From contig JARRMA010000016.1 of NCBI GenBank assembly GCA_037386505.1, positions 1 to 27,200 on the forward strand: DNA of 27,200 bases, read 5' to 3'. The notes beneath the pieces were generated by a model. That model was given only the letters and a program-made list of their open reading frames with translations, made no database searches and had not been told where the DNA came from. Positions 1 to 9,130 of this stretch are shown one piece after another. This DNA is from Candidatus Bathyarchaeota archaeon. GTDB lineage: Archaea > Thermoproteota > Bathyarchaeia > Bathyarchaeales > Bathyarchaeaceae. The position numbers and the translations under genes are program-made. Positions within the stretch are counted from its first letter, which is position 1. Each line of letters starts with the position of its first letter.

Positions 1-12
1 ATTGCTCTTGAT

Positions 13-1758
13 ATGACAGCCACTTCACTTGTTAGTTTTCTTGGGTATGATTTATCTTCAGACTCAGGAAAAGGAGCAAAAGCTTACCTTTTCACAATAA
101 TTGAATACATGTGGAGAAATGATCAAACAATAAAAGATATAGCCCATTTGACTGAAATCGTACTAAATTCTCCTCAAGAGATAAACGAACTAGTGAAAAG
201 TTTTGTCACAAAAGGTGAACCAAGAGAAATTGCTCGAAAGTTACGGTTTCTAACTGTAGGAACACCTTCACTTATGTTTCAGAAAGGGGTCCAAATTGAC
301 ATAGACATGTTTATGGATAGAAATGACGGAAAAATTCCTTTAAATATAATATACCTAAATACACTTAGCTCCACAAACGACAAACAATTCTTCTTAGCAA
401 CATTACTCAGGGAACTTTACTGTTGGATGCTAAAAAATCCTTCAGAAAAGATACAAATGCTATTTTATGTTGATGAAATCGCCCCATATATTCCACCTTA
501 TCCACGTAATCCTCCACCCAAAGAAGCTTACGCCTTTCTTTTTAAACAGGCAAGAAAATATGGAGTTGGATTAATCGCAGCTACACAAAACATCACTGAC
601 ATCGATTACAAAGCACTCGCACAAGTCAACACATGGTGCTTAGGCCGTATGATGACTAGACAAGATATTGCCAGAGTCAAACAAATTATCCAATCAATAG
701 ATCCAACTCATTCTGAAAGCGTATTACAAAAACTTCCCAGTCTTCGAACAGGAGAATTTCTCATATTATCTCCGGATGTTTTTGATGACGTAGTTAATTT
801 TCAAGTTCGTTGGCTATTAACAAAACATCTTACAATGGACGAAAAAGATATTCCACAGTCTATTTCTGATGAATCGAGACATTTTTTTAAGAAATTTCTA
901 CATAAGCAAAAAATAGAAAAGAAGAAACAAATTTCACTTTCGCATTCTGAGAATCTCTTAGAAAGAGTAAAGTATCTGTTAAATTCTGTAAGGCAAAGCG
1001 TAACTGCAGAATATGTTGCCAATAATTTAGATGCAAATCTAGATGATATTGAAGAAGCACTTAATTCTCTTGTCAAATCTAGAATCGTAAAAACGACTAA
1101 AGCAAAAAATGGAGAAGAAAAGTTATATTGGCTTTTAAAATTTGGTTTTTCGCCATCAAAAAATGTTCTAGGAGAAGTCATGGTGATACCTACAAGAGTG
1201 ACTCAAGTAGAAGCTCTTAAGAAAGCTAAATCTTGGCTGGAAGGTGGTCTCTTTATGAAACAAGAATCATTCTACGATGCTAACTTTTCATATTTACCGA
1301 TATGGAAAGTATCTGCAACTCGAAAATCTAAACATTTATTCTTTTTCAGTAGAGAAGAAATTGAAACATATTATCTAAGTGCAACCACAGGTGCAATGAT
1401 TTCTATTGAAAGAGGTACAATCCTATTTCATAGATTAATGACAAAAAGTCCTGAAAAACTTAAAGACCTGGATGATGATGAAAACATATCATTTATCCCG
1501 CGACTTCCAAAAGAAATCCCAAAAATTCCAAAAATAAAGATAGGGAAAAAAAGAATTTATTCAAAATTAAAATTAACATTGGGAGTTTGCCCCATAGCTT
1601 CTGAACTGGTGTTATTGCCGATATGGACTTTAAAGGTTAAACATAAAAAGAAAAAGAAGAAACGTACAATAGTAATGGATTCAGCTACAGGACGTCGATT
1701 AGCTGGATATTACAAAGTTAAGCGTGGTTCTAACAGAAAAAAATCTAGCGAAAACTAA
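13..1758 (+). CDS. HerA/FtsK-superfamily ATPase (DUF87/DUF853-like), C-terminal part plus a winged-helix-like region and a basic C-terminal domain; probably 5'-partial
   Basis: Walker B LFYVDE, followed by KQARKYGVGLIAATQN, typical of HerA-like ATPases. No Walker A is present, so the N-terminus probably lies upstream of the window. Confidence 0.7.
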   Translation: MTATSLVSFLGYDLSSDSGKGAKAYLFTIIEYMWRNDQTIKDIAHLTEIVLNSPQEINELVKSFVTKGEPREIARKLRFLTVGTPSLMFQKGVQIDIDMFMDRNDGKIPLNIIYLNTLSSTNDKQFFLATLLRELYCWMLKNPSEKIQMLFYVDEIAPYIPPYPRNPPPKEAYAFLFKQARKYGVGLIAATQNITDIDYKALAQVNTWCLGRMMTRQDIARVKQIIQSIDPTHSESVLQKLPSLRTGEFLILSPDVFDDVVNFQVRWLLTKHLTMDEKDIPQSISDESRHFFKKFLHKQKIEKKKQISLSHSENLLERVKYLLNSVRQSVTAEYVANNLDANLDDIEEALNSLVKSRIVKTTKAKNGEEKLYWLLKFGFSPSKNVLGEVMVIPTRVTQVEALKKAKSWLEGGLFMKQESFYDANFSYLPIWKVSATRKSKHLFFFSREEIETYYLSATTGAMISIERGTILFHRLMTKSPEKLKDLDDDENISFIPRLPKEIPKIPKIKIGKKRIYSKLKLTLGVCPIASELVLLPIWTLKVKHKKKKKKRTIVMDSATGRRLAGYYKVKRGSNRKKSSEN

Positions 1759-1818
1759 AAATTAAGATACAAATTTATCATTTCAGTTGCGATATTTAAA
1801 AACGGAGAGATAATTTCA

Positions 1819-1986
1819 ATGGACGCAGAAACAGAATTAATTTCTAAGCTTAAAGCAGAGATAGGTAAAACGTTGCCAGCTATGTTTGCTGGAATGGCTG
1901 AGAATATGTTGGAAAATAACAAAGATGTAATTATAACCTGGTTAAAAGAAAACAAAGATTTAGTAAAAGAAGTAATTGAAAACTAA
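1819..1986 (+). CDS. Small hypothetical protein, 55 aa (absent from the ORF track)
   Basis: ATG at 1819 with GGAGA at 1804-1808. Reads MDAETELISKLKAEIGKTLPAMFAGMAENMLENNKDVIITWLKENKDLVKEVIEN*. Co-oriented with both neighbours and fills the intergenic gap. Confidence 0.7.
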   Translation: MDAETELISKLKAEIGKTLPAMFAGMAENMLENNKDVIITWLKENKDLVKEVIEN

Positions 1987-2020
1987 TTCATCTCCTTAAA
2001 AATCGGCACAAAACGGAGGC

Positions 2021-3217
2021 TTGAATCAAATTAATACGATTGAAGTTAAAGAATTGACGAAAATCTACGACAAAAATGTTAAAGCAGTTGATGGAGTAAG
2101 CTTCGACGTTAAAAAAGGCGAAATTTTAGGGTTTCTTGGTCCAAATGGAGCAGGAAAAACAACTACACTAAATATGTTGTCAACTTTATTAAAACCAACA
2201 AGTGGGACTGCTAAAATCAATGGTCATGACATTCTAAAAGAACCCGATGCTGTCAGACGTAGTATTGGTTATGTTTTTCAAGATACAACACTAGATATTG
2301 AGCTGACCGGACGAGAAAATTTGGATTTTCATGGCCGATTGTATGGTCTCAAACATAATACTAGACAACAGCGAATAAAAGAAGTATTAGAATTAGTCAA
2401 ATTAAATGACCGAGCCGATAATTTTGTAAAAACATATAGTGGAGGTATGAAACGAAGATTAGAAATTGCCCGAGGATTACTACATCACCCACAAGTACTC
2501 TTTTTGGATGAACCAACACTAGGATTAGATCCACAAACTAGACGCTCAATCTGGGAACATATTCTAAGACTTAACCAAGAAAAAGATGTAACTATTATTC
2601 TAACAACTCATTATACTGAAGAAGCTGATTATCTCAGTAAACATATATTGATAATAGATTTTGGAAAAGTTGTTGTTAAGGATAAACCAGATAATCTGAA
2701 AGCCCGATTAGAAGGAGATGTTGTAACTTTACTCTTTAAGGATTCTTCGGATATTGGAAACTTTCGATCGCTCATTGAACAGAAAGAATGGATAAGCCGA
2801 ATTAACATTATAGCTACAGGAAACAATTATGCGGCTATTAGCAGAATGATGCAAAAAGTCCCCAAAATATCTAACAACACAATTAACGAAACTAATAACT
2901 CTAATTTAAAAGAAAAAAACGTGATTGAAAAAACAAACCAAGAAACAGAAAATGATATAGTCCAAAAAAATATTAATTTAAAAGGTGAAGTTTGTTCTAA
3001 ATGTTTGAATTTGCTTGTAGATAATGGGGGACATAGAATTCCTGAAATAGTAAAAATAGCTGAAGATGCAGGTGTTGTTTTAGAGTCTGTTGAATTAAGA
3101 AAACCCACTTTAGATGATGTATTTTTATCGGTAACTGGTCGAAATATTCGTGAAGAAGAAGGAAGTTTCATGGATATGGTACGAAGATACAGAATAATGA
3201 AACAAGCACGAGGATGA
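2021..3217 (+). CDS. ABC-2 type (DrrA-like) exporter ATP-binding subunit
   Basis: Walker A GPNGAGKTT, signature YSGGM, Walker B LFLDEPT, C-terminal PTLDDVFL. TTG start preceded by GGAGG. Confidence 0.93.
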   Translation: MNQINTIEVKELTKIYDKNVKAVDGVSFDVKKGEILGFLGPNGAGKTTTLNMLSTLLKPTSGTAKINGHDILKEPDAVRRSIGYVFQDTTLDIELTGRENLDFHGRLYGLKHNTRQQRIKEVLELVKLNDRADNFVKTYSGGMKRRLEIARGLLHHPQVLFLDEPTLGLDPQTRRSIWEHILRLNQEKDVTIILTTHYTEEADYLSKHILIIDFGKVVVKDKPDNLKARLEGDVVTLLFKDSSDIGNFRSLIEQKEWISRINIIATGNNYAAISRMMQKVPKISNNTINETNNSNLKEKNVIEKTNQETENDIVQKNINLKGEVCSKCLNLLVDNGGHRIPEIVKIAEDAGVVLESVELRKPTLDDVFLSVTGRNIREEEGSFMDMVRRYRIMKQARG

Positions 3218-3259
3218 CACTCTAGAGGTTAATTCGTTAAATAGCAAGGTGAATATTGA

Positions 3260-3835
3260 ATGGTTCAACCATTATCTGGTCAAGCAATTTATGTTGTATT
3301 ATTGAGAGAGTTAAAACGTTATTGGCGAGCAAAAGCTAGAGTTGTCTCCTCAGTAGCACAAAGCTTCTTCTTTCTGGCTATATTTGGATTGGGATTAGGA
3401 GGTTTTATTGGTGGATTCAGCGGTATTAATTATCTGTCATACATGGCGCCAGGTGTGATTGGGATGGGACTTCTTTTTGGTTCTGTATTTTCAGGTGTTT
3501 CAATTATTTTTGACAGACAATTTGGGTTCATGAAAGAAATGTTAGTTGCACCTGTTAGTCGGACTAGCATAATAATTGGAAAAATTTTTGGTGGAGCAAC
3601 AACAGCAACAATTCAAGGAATAATATTGATGATTGTTGCTGGAATGATGGGTGCGTTTATACCTTCTTTTACTTTTGTTATTGGTGCAATTACAGCTATA
3701 GGTGCAATGCTTCTAATTACTTCGGGATTTGTTGGTTTGGGAGTTGCTATTGGATCAACTTTAAATGATTTCCATGCATTCCAGTTACTTTCAACTTTTG
3801 TAATGTGGCCAATGTTCATGTTGTCAGGAGAATAG
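3260..3835 (+). CDS. ABC-2 exporter permease (DrrB-like), apparently C-terminally truncated
   Basis: Hydrophobic segments and the motif DRQFGFMKEMLVAPVSR. Ends abruptly at PMFMLSGE* where the family normally continues LSGxFFP; 191 aa. Confidence 0.8.
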   Translation: MVQPLSGQAIYVVLLRELKRYWRAKARVVSSVAQSFFFLAIFGLGLGGFIGGFSGINYLSYMAPGVIGMGLLFGSVFSGVSIIFDRQFGFMKEMLVAPVSRTSIIIGKIFGGATTATIQGIILMIVAGMMGAFIPSFTFVIGAITAIGAMLLITSGFVGLGVAIGSTLNDFHAFQLLSTFVMWPMFMLSGE

Positions 3836-4086
3836 CTTACAAAATTTTTCCATCGGAATCAACTGTTGATCTTGAAGCATTACAAGAAAAAATTAAAAAA
3901 GAATTAGCAGACCTCACTTCAAACCAGAAATTTGCTAAAGAACCTATCGCATTTGGACTCTCTGCACTTATAGTAAATATGATACTGCCTGAAGATAAAG
4001 AAGGAATTCTTGATGAAACTGAGAAAAGATTAACCAATATGGAAGAAGTAGGTCAAATTCAAACTCTAGGTGTGAACAGGCTCTAA
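3805..4086 (+). CDS. ef1b: Archaeal translation elongation factor 1-beta (start uncertain; family-like sequence from about 3832)
   Basis: YKIFP...EPIAFGLSAL...EEVGQIQTLGVNRL matches aEF-1beta. The GTG at 3805 lies inside the permease gene. Confidence 0.88.
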   Translation: MANVHVVRRIAYKIFPSESTVDLEALQEKIKKELADLTSNQKFAKEPIAFGLSALIVNMILPEDKEGILDETEKRLTNMEEVGQIQTLGVNRL

Positions 4087-4098
4087 GTTACTTTAACC

Positions 4099-4106
4099 TT
4101 TATATA
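4099..4106 (+). promoter_or_regulatory. Putative TATA box for cdc48
   Basis: TTTATATA about 60 nt upstream of the GTG at 4166; GAGGAAGG SD-like sequence before the start. Confidence 0.4.
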
Positions 4107-4165
4107 GTAATACTCGCCCACGAAAAGTGGAGCTTTAGGATAATTCATTCGAGGAAGGAAAAGTA

Positions 4166-6337
4166 GTGACCGAAATACAACTTAAGGTAGAAGATGCACG
4201 ACAACGTGATGTTTATAGAGGAATTGCCCGAATTGACCAACAAACAATGCAAAAATTGGGCATATCAGCAGGAGATGTAATAGAAATTGTTGGAAAAAGA
4301 AATACAGCAGCTATAGCTTGGCCAGCATATTCTGAAGATCAAAATAGGGAAATTATCAGAATAGATGGATTCACTAGAAAAAACGCAGGAGTTGCAATGC
4401 ATGAACTAGTTATTGTTCGTCCAGCAAAAGTCACAAATGCTACTACAGTAGTTTTGGCTCCAATAGATATGAAACTAAATGTAGATGACGATTTTACAAA
4501 CTTTGTTAAAAATCGACTTATGGAAAGAACGTTTGTTGAGGGAGACACAACTCTAGTTATGATGTTAGGTCACGCTATACCTTTTAGAGTAACTAAATCT
4601 CGTCCTCATGGAATAGTTAGAATCAGTCATAGTACAAATGTTCAAATAATGGCTGAACCAGCTCCTGAAACCAAAGGGTTACCTAGAACTACATATGAAG
4701 ATATAGGAGGACTACATGAAGAAATTCAACGCATAAGAGAAATGGTTGAACTCCCCCTTAGGCATCCAGAGCTTTTCCAGAGACTAGGAATCGATCCTCC
4801 TAAGGGAGTACTACTTCATGGTCCACCAGGATGTGGAAAAACCCTCTTAGCACGTGCAGTAGCAAATGAATCTGAAGCCAATTTCTATTCAATAAATGGA
4901 CCAGAAATAATGAGTAAGTTTTATGGAGAATCTGAAGCTCGACTTCGAGAAATGTTCCAGCAAGCTCAAAAAAATGCTCCCAGCATAATCTTTATTGATG
5001 AATTAGATGCGATTGCCCCAAAAAGAGAGGAAGTAACTGGAGAAGTAGAAAGACGAGTTGTAGCACAACTCCTTGCTTTAATGGATGGACTTGCTGGAAG
5101 AGGATATCTTATTGTTATAGGTGCAACAAATAGACCAGAAGCCCTAGATCCAGCTTTAAGAAGACCTGGGCGTTTTGATCGTGAGATAGAAATAAGTGTA
5201 CCTGACCAAAAAGGTCGCTTTGAAATAATGCAAATTCACACTAGAGGAATGCCTCTAACTGAAGATGTTGATCTGGACAAACTAGCAAAAATGTCTCACG
5301 GTTACACTGGAGCAGATTTATCTTCATTAAGTCGTGAAACAGCAATGAAGGCATTACGAAGATATCTTCCTGAGATAAATCTAGAAGAAGAACGTATACC
5401 ACCAAGTGTGTTAGAAAAAATGGAAGTTAGAATGGAAGATTTCTTAAATGCTTTCAGAGAAATCACTCCAACAGCTATGAGAGAAGTCTACATTGAGGTT
5501 CCAACAGTTCATTGGACAGAAATAGGTGGTTTAGGAGAAATAAAAGAAGACCTTATAGAAGCTGTGGAATGGCCTTTAAAAAATCCTGATGTCTTTAATA
5601 GGATGGGAATACGTCCCCCAAAAGGAATACTGCTTTATGGACCTCCAGGATGTGGAAAAACACTACTTGCAAGGGCAGTTGCAACAGAAAGTGAAGCAAA
5701 TTTCATCACTATAAAAGGTCCTGAAGTATTTTCAAAGTGGGTAGGAGAATCCGAGAAAGCAATTCGAGAAGTTTTTAGAAAGGCAAGAATGGCTTCTCCT
5801 GCTGTTGTATTCTTTGACGAATTTGATTCATTAGTTCCTGGAAGAGGAATGGGTTATGCCGATAGTGGAGTAGCAGAACGTGTTATAAGCCAATTATTAA
5901 CAGAAATGGATGGACTGGTTTCTTTAGAAGATGTAGTGATCATCGCAGCTACAAATAGACCAGATATTGTAGATCCTGCAATTCTCCGACCTGGAAGATT
6001 TGATCGTTTGATATACGTTCCTGAACCGGATAAAGATAGTAGACTAGAAATCTTTAAGATATATACTAAAAATATGCCATTAGGAAAAGATGTTGATCTA
6101 AATCAACTTGTTTTAATGACTAAGAAATATTCTGGAGCAGACATAGAGGCTCTTTGTAGAGAAGCTGGATTAAATGCGTTAAGAAATGATTTAGACGCTA
6201 AAGAAGTTCAAGCTGAAGATTTCAAGAAAGCTATTGATAAAATTGGTCCTTCAATAATGCCAAATATGGAGAATTGGTACAAAGGATTTATGAAACATGT
6301 TCGACAATTAAAGAAACCAACAACCCCAGTGGCATAA
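4166..6337 (+). CDS. cdc48: CDC48/VAT (p97) AAA+ ATPase
   Basis: N-domain plus two AAA modules, each with GPPGCGKT, Walker B (DELD / DEFD) and RPGRFDR. Confidence 0.97.
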   Translation: MTEIQLKVEDARQRDVYRGIARIDQQTMQKLGISAGDVIEIVGKRNTAAIAWPAYSEDQNREIIRIDGFTRKNAGVAMHELVIVRPAKVTNATTVVLAPIDMKLNVDDDFTNFVKNRLMERTFVEGDTTLVMMLGHAIPFRVTKSRPHGIVRISHSTNVQIMAEPAPETKGLPRTTYEDIGGLHEEIQRIREMVELPLRHPELFQRLGIDPPKGVLLHGPPGCGKTLLARAVANESEANFYSINGPEIMSKFYGESEARLREMFQQAQKNAPSIIFIDELDAIAPKREEVTGEVERRVVAQLLALMDGLAGRGYLIVIGATNRPEALDPALRRPGRFDREIEISVPDQKGRFEIMQIHTRGMPLTEDVDLDKLAKMSHGYTGADLSSLSRETAMKALRRYLPEINLEEERIPPSVLEKMEVRMEDFLNAFREITPTAMREVYIEVPTVHWTEIGGLGEIKEDLIEAVEWPLKNPDVFNRMGIRPPKGILLYGPPGCGKTLLARAVATESEANFITIKGPEVFSKWVGESEKAIREVFRKARMASPAVVFFDEFDSLVPGRGMGYADSGVAERVISQLLTEMDGLVSLEDVVIIAATNRPDIVDPAILRPGRFDRLIYVPEPDKDSRLEIFKIYTKNMPLGKDVDLNQLVLMTKKYSGADIEALCREAGLNALRNDLDAKEVQAEDFKKAIDKIGPSIMPNMENWYKGFMKHVRQLKKPTTPVA

Positions 6338-6360
6338 TAACATCAATTGAGGAATAGAAA

Positions 6361-6594
6361 ATGACTATGAAAACATGGAAATCACATCCACTATATACTC
6401 AAATTCAAGAGTTCTTAGAAAGAAAAGGTCCAATGACTGATATCGATTTATTTGATTTAGTTAAAGGAACACATGAAGGTGTAGGTTTTGGAGAATTAAA
6501 TAAGACTTTGATGCGTATGGAGATTGAAGGAGAAATTTTTGTTTCAACACGTACAAAAGGAAAAAGAAGAGTTGAATTGGTAGATAAGAAGTGA
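6361..6594 (+). CDS. Small hypothetical protein, possible winged-helix fold
   Basis: 77 aa, co-oriented between cdc48 and fen1. The segment ELNKTLMRMEIEGEIFVS resembles a wHTH. Confidence 0.65.
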   Translation: MTMKTWKSHPLYTQIQEFLERKGPMTDIDLFDLVKGTHEGVGFGELNKTLMRMEIEGEIFVSTRTKGKRRVELVDKK

Positions 6595-6618
6595 ATCCCC
6601 AATTCATCTTTTTTATGA

Positions 6619-6637
6619 GTTAATGAATATCATTAAC
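6619..6637. promoter_or_regulatory. Perfect 8-bp inverted repeat upstream of fen1 (possible operator)
   Basis: GTTAATGA-ATA-TCATTAAC, located between a TTTTTTATG TATA-like tract and the GGTGA SD. Confidence 0.4.
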
Positions 6638-6651
6638 CGGTGACTTCAAAG

Positions 6652-7686
6652 ATGGGTGTAAATCTGAGAGGACTAATACCCAAAACTTCAATTGATTTTA
6701 ATATTTTAAACGGTAAATCAATTGCCATTGATGCATATAACGCACTTTATCAGTTCTTGGCAATTATTAGGCAACCAGATGGAACACCACTAAAAGATCG
6801 CTCAGGTAAAATTACTAGTCATCTAAGTGGTTTATTTTATAGAACAGTTAAACTAGTTGAAATGGGCATAAAAGTTGCCTATATTTTTGATGGAACTCCA
6901 CCTGCACTTAAAGAAGTTGAAATTAAGCGACGAGCTAAAATTAAAGCAGAAGCACTTGTGAAATATGAACAAGCCATTAAAGAGGGAAAGATAGAGAAAG
7001 CAAGAAGTTTTGCACAAATGACATCAAAACTTAAGGATTACATGCCTGATGACTCAAAAAGACTATTAACACATTTAGGTGTTCCATGGATTCAAGCACC
7101 TTCTGAAGGTGAAGCGCAAGCTGCATACTTAACAACAAAAGGGGATGCAGACTATTGTGGTAGTCAAGACTATGATAGCCTTCTTTTTGGAGCAAAAGCT
7201 CTTATTAGAAATGTTACGATAAGTGGAAAAAGAAAATTACCCAGAAAAAATGTGTATATAGAAGTAGTACCTGAAGTAATGAAATTAGATTCCACATTGA
7301 AAGATTTAGAAATTACTCGTGAACAATTAATAGACGTTGCAATGCTTATAGGAACTGACTTTAATCCTGAAGGAGTAAAAGGAATTGGTCCAAAAACTGC
7401 CCTCAAATTAATAAAAAAGCATGGAACCATTGAAGATTTATTACCAACATTGAAAGATGTGACATTTCCAGTTGAACCTAAAAGAATAAGACAAATCTTT
7501 CTTGATCCAAAAGTTACCAATAATTACAAACTTGAATGGAAACAACCTGATTTTGAAAAAGTAATAGAATTTCTATGTCATGAAAGAGATTTTTCTGAAG
7601 AAAGAGTAAGTAAAGCTCTTAAGAAAATGAAAGAAGGAATTAAAGAATCTAAAAGTAAAACAACACTTGAGTCATGGTTTGGTTAA
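6652..7686 (+). CDS. fen: Flap endonuclease 1
   Basis: MGVNL start, IDAYNALYQFL, EGEAQAAY, SQDYDSLLFG, GTDFNPEGVKGIGPK and a C-terminal PIP box TTLESWF. ATG 6652 is preferred over GTG 6640 because GGTGA at 6639-6643 acts as SD. Confidence 0.96.
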   Translation: MGVNLRGLIPKTSIDFNILNGKSIAIDAYNALYQFLAIIRQPDGTPLKDRSGKITSHLSGLFYRTVKLVEMGIKVAYIFDGTPPALKEVEIKRRAKIKAEALVKYEQAIKEGKIEKARSFAQMTSKLKDYMPDDSKRLLTHLGVPWIQAPSEGEAQAAYLTTKGDADYCGSQDYDSLLFGAKALIRNVTISGKRKLPRKNVYIEVVPEVMKLDSTLKDLEITREQLIDVAMLIGTDFNPEGVKGIGPKTALKLIKKHGTIEDLLPTLKDVTFPVEPKRIRQIFLDPKVTNNYKLEWKQPDFEKVIEFLCHERDFSEERVSKALKKMKEGIKESKSKTTLESWFG

Positions 7687-7689
7687 ATT

Positions 7690-8396
7690 TCATAACTTAA
7701 AACCATGCTTGCCAATTAAAGGTACAAACGCAACTCCACCTAAGTTTTCCTCAATGAATTTTTCACCCTTTTTCCTTATTCTAAGTAATGTTTGATAAAA
7801 TTGAATACTCCCAACAGGAAGAAGAAGTATTCCGTCTTCTTTTAATTGTTGAAGAAGCGGTTTTGGAACTTCTGGACCTGCCGCTGCAACTAGAATTCGA
7901 TCATAAGGTGCTTCTTCAGCATAACCTAATGTTCCATCACAATGAATTACTGTAATCCGATTTCCATATCCAGCTTTTTCAATATTGTATTTAGCAAACG
8001 AAGCTAATTCTGATATTCGTTCTAAAGTGTATACGTGTCCCCATTTTTCCTTCGGTAAATCAGAAGGAGCAACTATCTCTGCTATAGTAGAAGCATGCCA
8101 TCCTGAACCACCACCAACTTCTAGTACTTTATGTCCAACTTCTAGTTGCAGGGCTTCATCCATTATTGATACCATGTTTCGCCCAATTGACCGCAATCGT
8201 GTCAACTGAGAGGCGCGGAAGCTGTTTGCCCTGAACCTATTTGGAGTGGACAATCAGTTGCAGCATGAACTTTTATATTCTCAGGAAGAAATTTTTCCCT
8301 AGGAACTTTACGCATAGCGGTAATAACTTGTGGTGATTTTAGAATTCCACTACCTATGAGATTTTGAATTAAATCTTCCCACTTTTGTTCACTCAA
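7690..8396 (-). CDS. pcm: Protein-L-isoaspartate O-methyltransferase, split into exon 1 (8396-8210) and exon 2 (8177-7690); 224 aa after splicing
   Basis: Exon 1 encodes VPREKFLP...PLQIGSGQTASAP. Exon 2 encodes MVSIMDEAL, VLEVGGGSGWHA, APYDRILVAAA and LGGVAFVPLIG. Joining gives 187+488=675 nt, in frame, and restores SAPHMV. Confidence 0.92.
8178..8209 (-). other. Putative 32-nt bulge-helix-bulge (tRNA-type) intron in pcm mRNA
   Basis: mRNA: CGCC UC|U CAGUUGAC acgauugcg GUCAAUUG GGCG AA|A C. 4-bp central helix CGCC/GGCG, two 3-nt bulges and an 8-bp intron stem. Cuts after the second nucleotide of each bulge restore CCU CAC AUG (P-H-M). Confidence 0.85.
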
Positions 8397-8527
8397 GTTT
8401 TATCCCACTTCAGTATTAAAATTGTTTTCTTGGGAGATAAGGTTTAGGTATTGTTTTTTTAGATAGTTTTTATAGTTGTGTTTTCTTTTTTGGTAGGAGT
8501 CAATAGTAATCTTTAGAGGTAAACTTG

Positions 8528-9108
8528 ATGGAAGTTAAAGGTTTCAAAGTTGGCTGGTTATCCACTAACTGTTATGTTGTGAGTGATAAAGAAAGTCAAG
8601 ATGCAGTAATAATTGATCCAGGATTCGAAAATGAAAAAGAGGCAAAACCTATTTTGGATTACATAAGAAGTAACAATCTAAAATTGAAATATATAATCAA
8701 TACTCATGGGCATCCAGATCACATCTCTGGAAACATAATTATGAAAAAAGCAACAGGAGCATCTATTCTTATTCATGAAAATCATAAAGGAAGAGCAAAT
8801 GCTGATCAAAAACTTCATGAAGGAGACATTATTCAAATTGGAAATCATAAATTAGTTGTTCTACATACTCCTGGACACACTAAAAGTGGAATTTCCCTTG
8901 TGGGAGATAATATGGTTTTCACTGGAGATACTCTTTTTGCAGGTTCGATAGGAAGAACAGATTTTCAAGGCGGATCTTTTCATGAAATAATAAACTCAAT
9001 CAAAACAAAATTAATGCCTTTACCTGACAGCTTCAAAGTCTATCCTGGACATGAATCATATTCTACTATTGGAAAAGAAAAAAATACAATCCATTCCTTC
9101 AAAACTAA
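8528..9108 (+). CDS. Metallo-beta-lactamase fold hydrolase (glyoxalase II-like); natural 3' end is out of frame by 1 nt
   Basis: THGHPDH, TPGHT, FTGDTLF and YPGH motifs. One extra A in the A7 run at 9078-9084 would give KEKKYNPFLQN* (stop 9106-9108), the family-typical C-terminus. Confidence 0.85.
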
Positions 9109-9130
9109 TTACAAAAAACGAGGAAAGGAA

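Noticed and set aside
4113-4132. Small hairpin CCAC-GAAAA-GTGG in the cdc48 leader (possible thermosensor)
   Set aside because: Only 4-6 bp and it does not cover the SD, so it is compatible with chance.
8178-8209. pcm break read as a simple frameshift error or decayed pseudogene
   Set aside because: A point indel cannot explain about 11 extra codons' worth of sequence within a conserved motif, or the exact BHB geometry. Both exons are otherwise intact.
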